The notes beneath the pieces are model-generated. The model saw only the letters and a program-made list of their open reading frames with translations, did no database searches and was not told the DNA's origin. Shown here piece after piece: positions 32,526 through 41,994 of a stretch of 64,000 bases of DNA (its first letter is position 1; every line of letters starts with the position of its first letter). The position numbers were made by a program, and so were the translations under genes. Source of the DNA: an uncultured Bacilli bacterium (GTDB lineage: Bacteria; Bacillota_I; Bacilli_A; RF39; UBA660); contig CANRKE010000001.1 of NCBI GenBank assembly GCA_947631135.1, positions 8,475 through 72,474 of the forward strand. Direction: 5' to 3'.

Positions 32526-34103
32526 TCATTCAATGTTTGCTTTTATAACATATGGTGTAGATTTTTCCCCGTTTCCTTGGGTAAATAACGTGTCAGCACG
32601 TAGATTTAAGACTGGAACAACACCTTCTGAATAGTAATTATTATTATAGTCTATACATCCGTTTATGTATGTACCAAATTCATGTGCACTACTATCATTA
32701 GAAAAATATGGTGACATAAGCCATCTATATGAAACAATTCCGTATAAATAATATTTTTGGTTTAAAATCTGATAATTTCCTCCTGCAAATACTGTTTCAT
32801 CTGCTGATAATAAACCTATTTTTAAATCATATTCTCCTCCGTAAGTTTTGTTGGTATTTGGACACATAAATGTTGGAGTATTTATTGTTCTTATTCTATT
32901 ATATGCACCATAATATATAAAATTTTCATTTGTATTGGATACTGATGTATCGTTACAATATCTTGTACTTGCTAGTACTTTATCATATGGAATCATATTT
33001 GTTTCATACCAATTATCTAAATATTCTTTTATTGTTGAAGAATCTCCATCTTGAATGTTTGGCTTACTATTATTGTATGTATACCCTACATATTTTTCTG
33101 AATTAGATGTTTCATTAAATTCACTATAACCAATTGCTCCATCTGCAACTATTCTTATTGTTCCATCTCCATTTATTCTTACTATCCTAAATAGCATATC
33201 TTCTCCTGGTTTTGCTCCTACCTCTTTTATATCTGCTTTACATTCTTCGACTGATTTATAACCATAATTTGTTGAATAATTTCGTTCACATACTTCTTCT
33301 ACATCAATTCTTTTTGTATATATATAACTTTTATTAGGTATTGTATAACATGGTTGTGCATCGCTAGGCCATTTTAATCCTTCTATTTTAACATAATTGT
33401 CTTCCACTGCTCCTCTAAAATAATATGTTTCTCCACCATCGTCTATATCTTGTATTAATCCTTCATCAGTCTTTGATATTTCATTGAAATTTGTTTTTTT
33501 ATTATTTATTGGATTATTATTCTTTATTATTTTAGATAGTAATTCTGGTTGCTTTTTTTGATGCCCTACTACTGTTATTTTTCCAGAAAATGTTTTATTC
33601 ATCATATCCGATTGATCTAATCCATTTTCACTTATCCATATATATAATTCATAACTTTTATTTCCTTTACTTGATATCTCTTGGTTATTTGCAAGTAATA
33701 ATTTATTATCTAACACATTTCTAAAGTTTCCATTATTTATTTTTTCTTCGCTCGAATATAATGCCCACTTAAATTCTAAATCTGCTAATTCAGGAGGTAA
33801 TATAATATCTGTTATATTAATATCTACATATGCTTTAGCTGTTCCTGTATTGTTTACTTTAAAACTTATCTTGCTAGCTTTTTCTTTTATATCTTTATCA
33901 TATATTGGTTGTATATTACTTAAATTTACTGTATTTAAATTATCATTTTCATAATTAATTAATAAAGTCCCAGCTTCAACTGAATTTTTATTTGTTGCTT
34001 TATTTGCAGATATATATGCATATGTTATACTTATCAATAGTAATATTATCGCAATTATTGTTGTTATTATTGTTTTTACCTTTCTTATATTTTTCTTTTC
34101 CAT
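32526..34103 (-). CDS. Hypothetical secreted/membrane-anchored surface protein (525 aa)
   Basis: N-terminal signal-anchor helix; Cys-containing, aromatic-rich extracytoplasmic domain; no family recognised. Confidence 0.5.
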   Translation of the reverse strand: MEKKNIRKVKTIITTIIAIILLLISITYAYISANKATNKNSVEAGTLLINYENDNLNTVNLSNIQPIYDKDIKEKASKISFKVNNTGTAKAYVDINITDIILPPELADLEFKWALYSSEEKINNGNFRNVLDNKLLLANNQEISSKGNKSYELYIWISENGLDQSDMMNKTFSGKITVVGHQKKQPELLSKIIKNNNPINNKKTNFNEISKTDEGLIQDIDDGGETYYFRGAVEDNYVKIEGLKWPSDAQPCYTIPNKSYIYTKRIDVEEVCERNYSTNYGYKSVEECKADIKEVGAKPGEDMLFRIVRINGDGTIRIVADGAIGYSEFNETSNSEKYVGYTYNNSKPNIQDGDSSTIKEYLDNWYETNMIPYDKVLASTRYCNDTSVSNTNENFIYYGAYNRIRTINTPTFMCPNTNKTYGGEYDLKIGLLSADETVFAGGNYQILNQKYYLYGIVSYRWLMSPYFSNDSSAHEFGTYINGCIDYNNNYYSEGVVPVLNLRADTLFTQGNGEKSTPYVIKANIE

Positions 34104-34320
34104 AACAATATCCTCTCAATAATATCAAAAAGCCTACCTAAAAATTTAGGTAAGCTTAAGGCTTATAAGAATATATCTATTTACCCCCCCCATAGCGAAC
34201 ATATGTTTGTACATGTTTCTTTATGGAGAGGGCTTACCTTTTCTATTACAATTTAATACTATCAGATTTTTGGAGAAAGTGCAATATATTTTGCAAAATA
34301 TTTTTATGATTTTTTACAAT
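34104..34320 (-). promoter_or_regulatory. Putative promoter plus structured leader RNA with terminator/antiterminator (attenuator or riboswitch-like) upstream of the 525-aa gene
   Basis: Minus-strand RNA has an 11-bp stem CCCUCUCCAUA/UAUGGGGGGGG. A 13-bp terminator hairpin AAGCUUACCUAAA-UU-UUUAGGUAGGCUU with a U-tract follows, immediately before the GAGAGGA RBS. Upstream AGGUAAGC can pair with the terminator 5' arm GCUUACCU. Candidate promoter TTGCAC-17-TAGTAT lies upstream. Confidence 0.35.
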
Positions 34321-34402
34321 ACTTTACATTAAATTTGATAAAAATTATTGAATTAATTTATTATTATTATATAATTAAAGTATAAGGAGAGTTGGTATTT
34401 TT

Positions 34403-34720
34403 ATGTATGTAGATTTAATAATTTTTATTGCTTTAATTGTATTTGTAATTATATATTCAAAACATTTTCAGACTTATATATTTGGTATAGGTGCGATAGA
34501 TATATTTTTTAGAGTATTAGCATTTTTAAAGAATAATATTCCAATAAAAGGTATTAAAGGATATATTAGTGGATATGTTCCTGAATCTATAAGTGAAGTT
34601 ATAAATAAATATACAGATGGAACTATAAGTCTTTTACTTATTTGGGCTTATGTTATTATTATGATAATATTCTTATATTTTGTTATAAGAATATTTATAA
34701 AAAGAAAAAGAATAGGATAA
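34403..34720 (+). CDS. Small hypothetical membrane protein (2 predicted TM helices)
   Basis: Hydrophobic segments at both ends; GGAG RBS upstream. Confidence 0.4.
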   Translation: MYVDLIIFIALIVFVIIYSKHFQTYIFGIGAIDIFFRVLAFLKNNIPIKGIKGYISGYVPESISEVINKYTDGTISLLLIWAYVIIMIIFLYFVIRIFIKRKRIG

Positions 34721-34746
34721 AATTGATTTACTAACAATTAGTATAA

Positions 34747-36006
34747 TCAATTTTTTAATGTACCAATAGATACGACATAAACACCATCATCTCTTTTATA
34801 TGAATAATTTGCTCCTGTTAATACCATTAAAAATGATGGTTCTCCACATTTTTTAGTATCTACTCTTTCTTTAAATTTAATAAGATTTTTTGCAGCTTCA
34901 TCAATATAACCTGCACCTAACTTTATTTCAATTGCTCCCCATTTGCCATTTTCTAACCTTAAAATAGCATCTACTTCAAAGTCTTTTTCATCTCTATAAA
35001 ATGATATTTCTCCACCATAACTTTGAGAATATATTTTTAAATCTCTAATACATAATGATTCAAATAAAAATCCAAAAGTCTTTAAATCATTAATTAAGTC
35101 GCTTGGACTAATATTAAGAATTGCAGTAGCTATAGATGGGTCAACAAAATATTTTTTAGGTTTAGTTCTCATTGCATATTTACTTCTTAAATTTAAATTA
35201 GTTGCTCTTACATTTTCTATTACAAATAATTTTTCTAATGTGTTCATATAATCATTTAATGTTGGTCTAGATATTTTACTATCAAACATATTATTAACAT
35301 CATCACTAATTGTAGTATTAGATACTTGAGTTGATATATTTCGCGCTAATGATCTTAATAAACTTTGCATTTTTTCTGGATTTCTTTCTATACCATCTAT
35401 ATATTTTATATCTTCATGAATTAATGATTTAACGTATTCTTTTGAAAATCTATATTTTGAATCACTCTTTACTTCTATTGAAGCAGGCCAGCCTCCTCTT
35501 ACAATTGCGCTAGCAATATCTTCTAATTTTAATTTTGATACTCCACTAATATCTTTTCCCATAAAAATATCTTCAAGTGATATTTCGCCAGTAGATTCAC
35601 CTGATTCATATAAACTCATAGTTCTCATAAGCACTCTAGAAATTCTCCCTGTTCCAGTATGCATTGTTTCACCCTCACTTGGCTTTGCAGATCCTGTTAA
35701 AATATATTGACCTTTTAATCTTGAATGATCTACATCAGTTCTAATAGCATCCCAAACAACTGGATACATTTGCCATTCATCAAACAATCTAGGTTTATCT
35801 CCATTTAAAAATAATGATGGTTTAGTATTTTTTATTTCTTCATATTCAGCTTTTCTGTCAGGATTTTGAAATTCAATTACACTCTTTGAATGAAAAGCAC
35901 CAGTTGTTGATTTACCACACCATTTGCACCCTTCTATTAATACTGCACCCATTACTTCCATAAGTTCATTTATTTCTTTATCTATAACTCTTGGAATATA
36001 TTTCAT
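34747..36006 (-). CDS. AAA+ superfamily ATPase (COG1373/DUF4143-type)
   Basis: Walker A GCKWCGKST and Walker B-like RLFDEWQ; start set at MKYIPRV. Paralog of 18260-19540. Confidence 0.6.
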   Translation of the reverse strand: MKYIPRVIDKEINELMEVMGAVLIEGCKWCGKSTTGAFHSKSVIEFQNPDRKAEYEEIKNTKPSLFLNGDKPRLFDEWQMYPVVWDAIRTDVDHSRLKGQYILTGSAKPSEGETMHTGTGRISRVLMRTMSLYESGESTGEISLEDIFMGKDISGVSKLKLEDIASAIVRGGWPASIEVKSDSKYRFSKEYVKSLIHEDIKYIDGIERNPEKMQSLLRSLARNISTQVSNTTISDDVNNMFDSKISRPTLNDYMNTLEKLFVIENVRATNLNLRSKYAMRTKPKKYFVDPSIATAILNISPSDLINDLKTFGFLFESLCIRDLKIYSQSYGGEISFYRDEKDFEVDAILRLENGKWGAIEIKLGAGYIDEAAKNLIKFKERVDTKKCGEPSFLMVLTGANYSYKRDDGVYVVSIGTLKN

Positions 36007-36232
36007 ATAACATTCTCCTCTCAAAATAATTATAACACATTTTACAAAAAAAGCAAATATCATTTTACATTTTAAGCAATTTTTGTTTTACAAAAAAAGC
36101 AAGTTATAAATATAGATTTTAAAATACTTATTATCTATATTTATAATTTATTTTTAAATTTTAAAATTTTAATATATTACTTATAATTTTTTATTTTTAT
36201 GAAAATACTAACATTAGAAATAAGGTGATATA

Positions 36233-38197
36233 TTGAAAATTTTTAATTTTTTTATAAAAACATTTATAATATCTTTTATATCAATTATATTTATTCATGT
36301 AGTATTATATACATGGGCTTATTTTACTCCTAAAATTAATATATCATCGGCAAATAATATTAGTATATACGATAAAGATGAAAATATTATATTTACAGGA
36401 AATAATGAAAAAGAATGGGTAAGTATTAAAGATATAAATAAAAATTTAATTAATGCAACTGTTAGTGTAGAAGATAAAAATTATTATAGACATTTAGGAT
36501 TTGATTATGCAAGAATAATAAAGGCAATGTTTTTAAATATTAAAAATATTAAAATAGTACAAGGAGCATCTTCCATAACACAACAATATGCTAGAAATCT
36601 ATATTTATCAATGGATAAAACATGGGTAAGAAAATTAAATGAGGCATGGATAACAATGGAATTAGAAATGCATTATACTAAAGATGAAATACTAGAAGGA
36701 TATTTAAATTCTATTAATTATGGTCAAGGTGTATATGGAATAGAAAATGCTAGTAAATTTTATTTTGATAAAAATGCTAAAGATTTAAATTTAGCTGAAG
36801 CAAGTATGCTTGCTGGTATACCTAATTCTCCATCAAATTATTCACCTCTATCTGATGAGTATACTGCAAAAAAAAGACAGAGAGTTGTACTTAATTCAAT
36901 GGTTAATAATGGATATATTACAAAAAAAGAAATGGAAGAAGCTTTTAATACTCAACTCACATATATAGGTAAAAAAGATAAGTATAATTTATCTACATTA
37001 ATGTATTATCAAGATGCAGTAACTCATGAACTTGAAAATATTAAATCTATTCCTAAATCATTAATATCAACTGGAGGTCTTAAAATATATACTGCATTAG
37101 ATATATCTGCACAAACAAATATGGAAGAAGCTATCAAAAATAATACACAAGAAAATTTAGAAGCACAAATAAGTAGTGTGATGATGAATCCTGAAAATGG
37201 AGAAATAATAGCTCTTGCAGGTGGTACTGATTATTCAAAAAGTCAATATAATAGAGCAATAAGTTCAAAAAGACAAGTAGGTTCTACAATGAAGCCATTT
37301 TTATATTATGGTGCACTTAATAATGGATTTACATCATCTACAACATTTTTATCATCTCCTACTACTTTTACATTTGATAGTGATAAAACTTATTCACCAA
37401 AAAATTTCGGAGAAAGATATGCTGAAAAAGAAATATCTTTAGCTAGTGCGATAGCTTTTTCTGATAATATATATGCAGTAAAAACACATATGTTTTTAGG
37501 AGAAGATATATTGGTACAAACTGCTAAAGATGTTGGAATAGATGAAGAATTAGAAGCTTTACCATCACTACCTCTTGGAACTATAGAAATAAATTTAACT
37601 GATTTTGTTGGTGCTTATGGCTCTCTTGCTAATTTAGGATATAGAGTTGAACCACATTTAATAAGAAAAATACTAGATAAAAATGGTAATGTATTATATG
37701 AAAGTAAAAATGAAAAAAGTAAAGTATTAAATTCTAGTATAGTATTTATATTAAATGAATTGTTGTCAAATACTTATAGTTATGACTTTTTAGATTATAC
37801 TACACCTACTCTACTTAGTATATCATCTAAATTAAAAAATAAATATGCAGTTAAATCAGGAAGTACAAATACTGATTCATTAACTATTGGATATAATAAA
37901 AATATAGTTTTAGGAATTTGGTATGGATATGATGATAATAGAGATTTATCAAATAAAGACTCTACAGTAAGTAAAAATGTTTGGGCTGATACTATAGAAA
38001 GTTATTTTACTAATAATGAAGCATCTTGGTATGATTTACCAGAAGATGTAGTATCTGTTTTAGTAAATCCTATAAGTGGTAAATTAGCAACTGATGAAGA
38101 TAAGAAAAAACATATATTTTATTATTTAAAGGGAAGTGAACCTACAATAGATAATTTTGATGATTTAATTAAAGATTTTTCTGTTAATGAAGAATAA
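36233..38197 (+). CDS. Class A penicillin-binding protein (transglycosylase/transpeptidase)
   Basis: Transglycosylase motif GASSITQQYARN; transpeptidase motifs STMKPF (SxxK), FSDN (SxN) and KSGST (KTG-like). TTG start with an AAGGTGA RBS. Confidence 0.85.
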   Translation: MKIFNFFIKTFIISFISIIFIHVVLYTWAYFTPKINISSANNISIYDKDENIIFTGNNEKEWVSIKDINKNLINATVSVEDKNYYRHLGFDYARIIKAMFLNIKNIKIVQGASSITQQYARNLYLSMDKTWVRKLNEAWITMELEMHYTKDEILEGYLNSINYGQGVYGIENASKFYFDKNAKDLNLAEASMLAGIPNSPSNYSPLSDEYTAKKRQRVVLNSMVNNGYITKKEMEEAFNTQLTYIGKKDKYNLSTLMYYQDAVTHELENIKSIPKSLISTGGLKIYTALDISAQTNMEEAIKNNTQENLEAQISSVMMNPENGEIIALAGGTDYSKSQYNRAISSKRQVGSTMKPFLYYGALNNGFTSSTTFLSSPTTFTFDSDKTYSPKNFGERYAEKEISLASAIAFSDNIYAVKTHMFLGEDILVQTAKDVGIDEELEALPSLPLGTIEINLTDFVGAYGSLANLGYRVEPHLIRKILDKNGNVLYESKNEKSKVLNSSIVFILNELLSNTYSYDFLDYTTPTLLSISSKLKNKYAVKSGSTNTDSLTIGYNKNIVLGIWYGYDDNRDLSNKDSTVSKNVWADTIESYFTNNEASWYDLPEDVVSVLVNPISGKLATDEDKKKHIFYYLKGSEPTIDNFDDLIKDFSVNEE

Positions 38198-38214
38198 AAA
38201 TTGTAAATATTACT

Positions 38215-39417
38215 TTATTTATCTTTTAATATTAATTCATTTAATTTATTAATTTGACTATTTAATAAAGTACATAGTTTATTAATTTTTTTATCACTTA
38301 TTTTAGTTAAATATTGATATTGATGTAATAAATTATCAAACCAATCTATTATACCATCTAACTTACTTACATCTATTCTTTTCAAATCTTTTACTACTTT
38401 TATTATTTCATCAAAAGGTTTTATTTCATAAAACATTCTTCCATTACCTGAAATATGTATTTCTTCATCATCATAATATTCAATACTTAAACTTTGTCCA
38501 TTATCAAAAATTGGAGCTATATCAATCCATTTTAAAGTATTAACATCTCTAATAATACCAAAATTATTTAAATGTCTATCTTCGTTCATAATAATAAAAT
38601 CTAAAATATACATATTCTCTACTTTTTCGCGAGCATCTTTAATATTCTGTTCTTCTAACTTTTTAATATATTCTTCATAATAATTTATATTATCATATCT
38701 TTTCATATCATTTATTATTTGATAACATGTAACAAATTCTGTATCTTTAGTTATAAAACAAGGACATTTAGATACAACTTTTTCTTTATATATATCTATT
38801 GTATATTCTACGTGATCAAATCCTAATCTTCTACATATTTCACTAGCTAATACTTCATTAAATGGTTGTAGAATTTCATTTTTATAACCACCTTTCAACA
38901 AATACCTTGTATCTTTATCAATAATCCAAGCTTTTTTTAACATTCCATCTGTAGTGTTATTAGGAGTTTTTAAAGAAGATGCTTTTGTTATTATCCCACT
39001 ATTAGTTGATAAAGATGCTTCCATAAATTCTGCATAATCAAAATCATGATCAAAAAAATTAATATCATTATAGGAAATGTTACTATCATAAGGTTTTAAC
39101 CAATATTGATCAGATAAAGATAGACCAAAAGCTTTATCTAAAAGTTCATAAGGGGCTGTTATATTTAATCTATGTAATAATAAATCTAATTTATCACGCC
39201 ATGTTGGGATTCCTCTTCCTTTAAACCATTCACTTAAATTAGTTATAAAATTTATATCATTAATATTTTTTTCTATATAAAAACTTTTTAAAATATATGG
39301 TGCATAATTAATATTTTTTATTTCATATATTTTATCAAAAAACTTTGAAGTTTCATTATATTCGGCAATTAAAATTTCTACATTTTTGTTCATAAGTATA
39401 CATTTCATAAAAAACAC
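38215..39417 (-). CDS. HipA-like serine/threonine kinase family protein
   Basis: MNEDRHLNNFGII...WIDIAPIFDNGQSL parallels the HipA catalytic loop (D-x-HxKNFS) and the downstream L-APAYDL motif. Confidence 0.55.
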   Translation of the reverse strand: MFFMKCILMNKNVEILIAEYNETSKFFDKIYEIKNINYAPYILKSFYIEKNINDINFITNLSEWFKGRGIPTWRDKLDLLLHRLNITAPYELLDKAFGLSLSDQYWLKPYDSNISYNDINFFDHDFDYAEFMEASLSTNSGIITKASSLKTPNNTTDGMLKKAWIIDKDTRYLLKGGYKNEILQPFNEVLASEICRRLGFDHVEYTIDIYKEKVVSKCPCFITKDTEFVTCYQIINDMKRYDNINYYEEYIKKLEEQNIKDAREKVENMYILDFIIMNEDRHLNNFGIIRDVNTLKWIDIAPIFDNGQSLSIEYYDDEEIHISGNGRMFYEIKPFDEIIKVVKDLKRIDVSKLDGIIDWFDNLLHQYQYLTKISDKKINKLCTLLNSQINKLNELILKDK

Positions 39418-39552
39418 CTCATTAGTAAATATTTATATTATTATTGTATCAAATTTCATTTATAAAGTCTTTAAAATATTAAAAAATATATATTAAATTA
39501 AAAAAGACTATTTCAAAACTAATCATTTAATTTTGAGATAGTCTATTTACTT

Positions 39553-41238
39553 TTATCTTTTAAAATTAATAACTATTTGATAAAGATTACCTAAATCTTG
39601 TTCATTTATTTCAATTCCATAACCATTTCCTTGTAAATTCATTATTGTATTTCTTATAACAGCAACTGCTCCTGTAATATCTTGTTGCATTATCATTGAT
39701 TGTGATGATGGATTATCATTTACTTGAGGTTCTTGCATTTGTTGAGGTTGTTGTTGATTATACATGTTCATATCTGCATTGTTTTGTTGCATATTTTGTT
39801 GAGGTTGCATATACATTTGTTGATTGTTCATCATATTATTTTGATTGATATTTTGATCATAATTTGGTTGTTGATAATTATTCATAGGATTATTTTGCAT
39901 CATATTATTATCCATTTGATTATTCATAGGGTTTTGTTGAACTGTTTGATTCATATTATTCATAACAGGTTGTTGCATTTGTTGTTGTTCCATATTATTG
40001 CCTTGTTGCATTCCATAATTATTCATACCATTATTTGGCATATTTTGTTGCATTTGTTGAGGTTGCATATTACCCATATTTTGTGCTTGCATATTTTGTT
40101 GCTGCATATCATTCATATTATTATCTTGCATTTGTGGGTTTTCATCAGGTAATGAACTTTCTGTAAAATTACTTATATCTTGATTATTTTGTTCACTTTC
40201 TGCTTCTTGTGCTTCTTCGGGAGCAGGTATATTTGGCATTTGCATATCATTATTTTGTTCCATATTTTGGTTATTCATATCTACTTGATTGTTAGTATTC
40301 ATTTGTTGATCTTGCACAAATTGTGTTGGAGTTGGAGAAAATGAAGAATCAAAATTCATATTAGCTGCTTGATTATCATAGTTAAAAAATCTTGATGGTT
40401 CTTGTACTTGTGCATTATTAACTACTTGTTCATTTATATATGCTCCATTTTGTTGACTACTATTTATATTTATTTGGTCGTAATCTGGTATATTTGGTAT
40501 ACCACTATTAGCAGTAAAATTATCTATTACTGGACTATTATTTTCATTCATATTATCACCCTTTTTATTATCATCATCATCTGAAAAATCTAATATTTCT
40601 TCAGTTTGTTCCAAATTACTATTATTATCAATTAAATCTTTTATATATTTATCAGTTTCTCTTACTGTCATTCTTTTTTCTATGATTTTATTTAATGTAT
40701 CATTTTGCATATCATGATCTTTTAATCTCAATAAACTTCTTGCATGTCTTTCACTAATTTTATTATCTAAAACAGCTTGTTGTGCTTCATTTGATAGATT
40801 TAATAATCTAAGTTTATTTGATATTGTAGATTGTCCCTTACCTATTTTTTTAGCAAGTTCTTCTTGTTTGATTTGTCCTAATCCTAATATTTGTTGGTAA
40901 GACTTTGCTTCTTCTATAGCAGTTAAATCTCTTCTTTGTACATTTTCAATCAAAGCAATTTCTGCTGATGAAGAATCATCTAATTCCATAACAATTGCAG
41001 GAACGGACATCAAACCTATCATACATGCTGCTTTATATCTCCTTTCACCTGCAATTATTTCAAACTTGTCTCCCAACTTTCTTAAAACTAATGGTTGTAT
41101 TATACCATATTGTCTAATCGATTCGGCAAGCTCATTTAATAATTCTGGGTCAAAGTTTTTTCTAGGTTGAAATCTGTTCGGTATTATGTTGTTAACTGAA
41201 ACATTTTCTATTTTCATTTTACTATAGTCAATGTTCAT
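39553..41238 (-). CDS. ParB/Spo0J/Noc-family protein with a long Q/N/M-rich low-complexity insert
   Basis: ParB N-terminal domain (IIPNRFQPRKNFDPELLNELAESIRQYGIIQPLVLRK...IIAGERRYKAA) and HTH, then ~280 aa dominated by Q, N and M, then a short C-terminal domain. Follows rsmG, as noc/spo0J do in Firmicutes. Confidence 0.75.
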   Translation of the reverse strand: MNIDYSKMKIENVSVNNIIPNRFQPRKNFDPELLNELAESIRQYGIIQPLVLRKLGDKFEIIAGERRYKAACMIGLMSVPAIVMELDDSSSAEIALIENVQRRDLTAIEEAKSYQQILGLGQIKQEELAKKIGKGQSTISNKLRLLNLSNEAQQAVLDNKISERHARSLLRLKDHDMQNDTLNKIIEKRMTVRETDKYIKDLIDNNSNLEQTEEILDFSDDDDNKKGDNMNENNSPVIDNFTANSGIPNIPDYDQININSSQQNGAYINEQVVNNAQVQEPSRFFNYDNQAANMNFDSSFSPTPTQFVQDQQMNTNNQVDMNNQNMEQNNDMQMPNIPAPEEAQEAESEQNNQDISNFTESSLPDENPQMQDNNMNDMQQQNMQAQNMGNMQPQQMQQNMPNNGMNNYGMQQGNNMEQQQMQQPVMNNMNQTVQQNPMNNQMDNNMMQNNPMNNYQQPNYDQNINQNNMMNNQQMYMQPQQNMQQNNADMNMYNQQQPQQMQEPQVNDNPSSQSMIMQQDITGAVAVIRNTIMNLQGNGYGIEINEQDLGNLYQIVINFKR

Positions 41239-41289
41239 AAGGACCCCTCCCTATTCGATTATTATAAGTATATCCTATTTTTCAACTAA

Positions 41290-41994
41290 TTACAATGGAT
41301 TTTTTTTAATTTTATCAAATTTTCTTGGATATTTACTATTAGTATTTTTAATTTTTTTAATTTTAACTATTGATCTATAACTATTTTCTATTGGTAAATA
41401 AAAGTCAATTATTTCTTCTAGTTTACAGTCTAATAGATTAATTGCATTTTTACTATTTTCTATTTCTTCTTTAACATTTCCTTTAAGTGCGATAAAATAT
41501 CCATCTAACTTTACCATATTAATAGATAATTCTAAAAGAATATTTAATTTAGCAACAGCACGTGATGTTACAACATCATATTCATTAATATGTTTTATTG
41601 AAAATTCTTCAATTCTATCATGTATAGTTTCAACATTATTAATATTTATTTTATTTATTACTATATTTAAAAAATCTATTCTTTTTCTTAATGAATCAAC
41701 TAATGTTACTTTTATATCAGGAAAAAATATAGCAATTACAAGTCCTGGAAAACCTGCTCCTGTACCTATATCACAAATAGTATTTACTTTATTTAAATTA
41801 ATTGCTTTTACAATAGTTAAACTATCATAAAAATGTTTTAAATATACTTCTTTTTCTACAGTTATACCTGTTAAATTCATAACTTTATTATAATCAATTA
41901 ACAAATTATAATAAATATTTAATTTATCTAATTCTTCTTCTGTTACATCGATATTCAACTTTTCTAATTCTAAAATAAATTCATCTCTATTCAT
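41290..41994 (-). CDS. rsmG: 16S rRNA (guanine527-N7)-methyltransferase
   Basis: SAM-binding DIGTGAGFPG; synteny with mnmG. Confidence 0.9.
   Translation of the reverse strand: MNRDEFILELEKLNIDVTEEELDKLNIYYNLLIDYNKVMNLTGITVEKEVYLKHFYDSLTIVKAINLNKVNTICDIGTGAGFPGLVIAIFFPDIKVTLVDSLRKRIDFLNIVINKININNVETIHDRIEEFSIKHINEYDVVTSRAVAKLNILLELSINMVKLDGYFIALKGNVKEEIENSKNAINLLDCKLEEIIDFYLPIENSYRSIVKIKKIKNTNSKYPRKFDKIKKNPL

Noticed and set aside
39724-40584. 142-aa and 60-aa plus-strand ORFs (His/Ile/Leu repeats) opposite the ParB Q/N-rich region
   Set aside because: Mirror of the repetitive CAA/CAT/ATG-rich coding strand of the ParB-like gene; translation is pure low-complexity; artefact of the repeat.
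39700-40600. Possible tandem DNA repeat / CRISPR-like periodicity in the Q/N-rich region
   Set aside because: The repetition is at codon level (CAA/AAT/ATG) and irregular within a continuous ORF. There are no fixed-length direct repeats with unique spacers, so it is not a CRISPR array.
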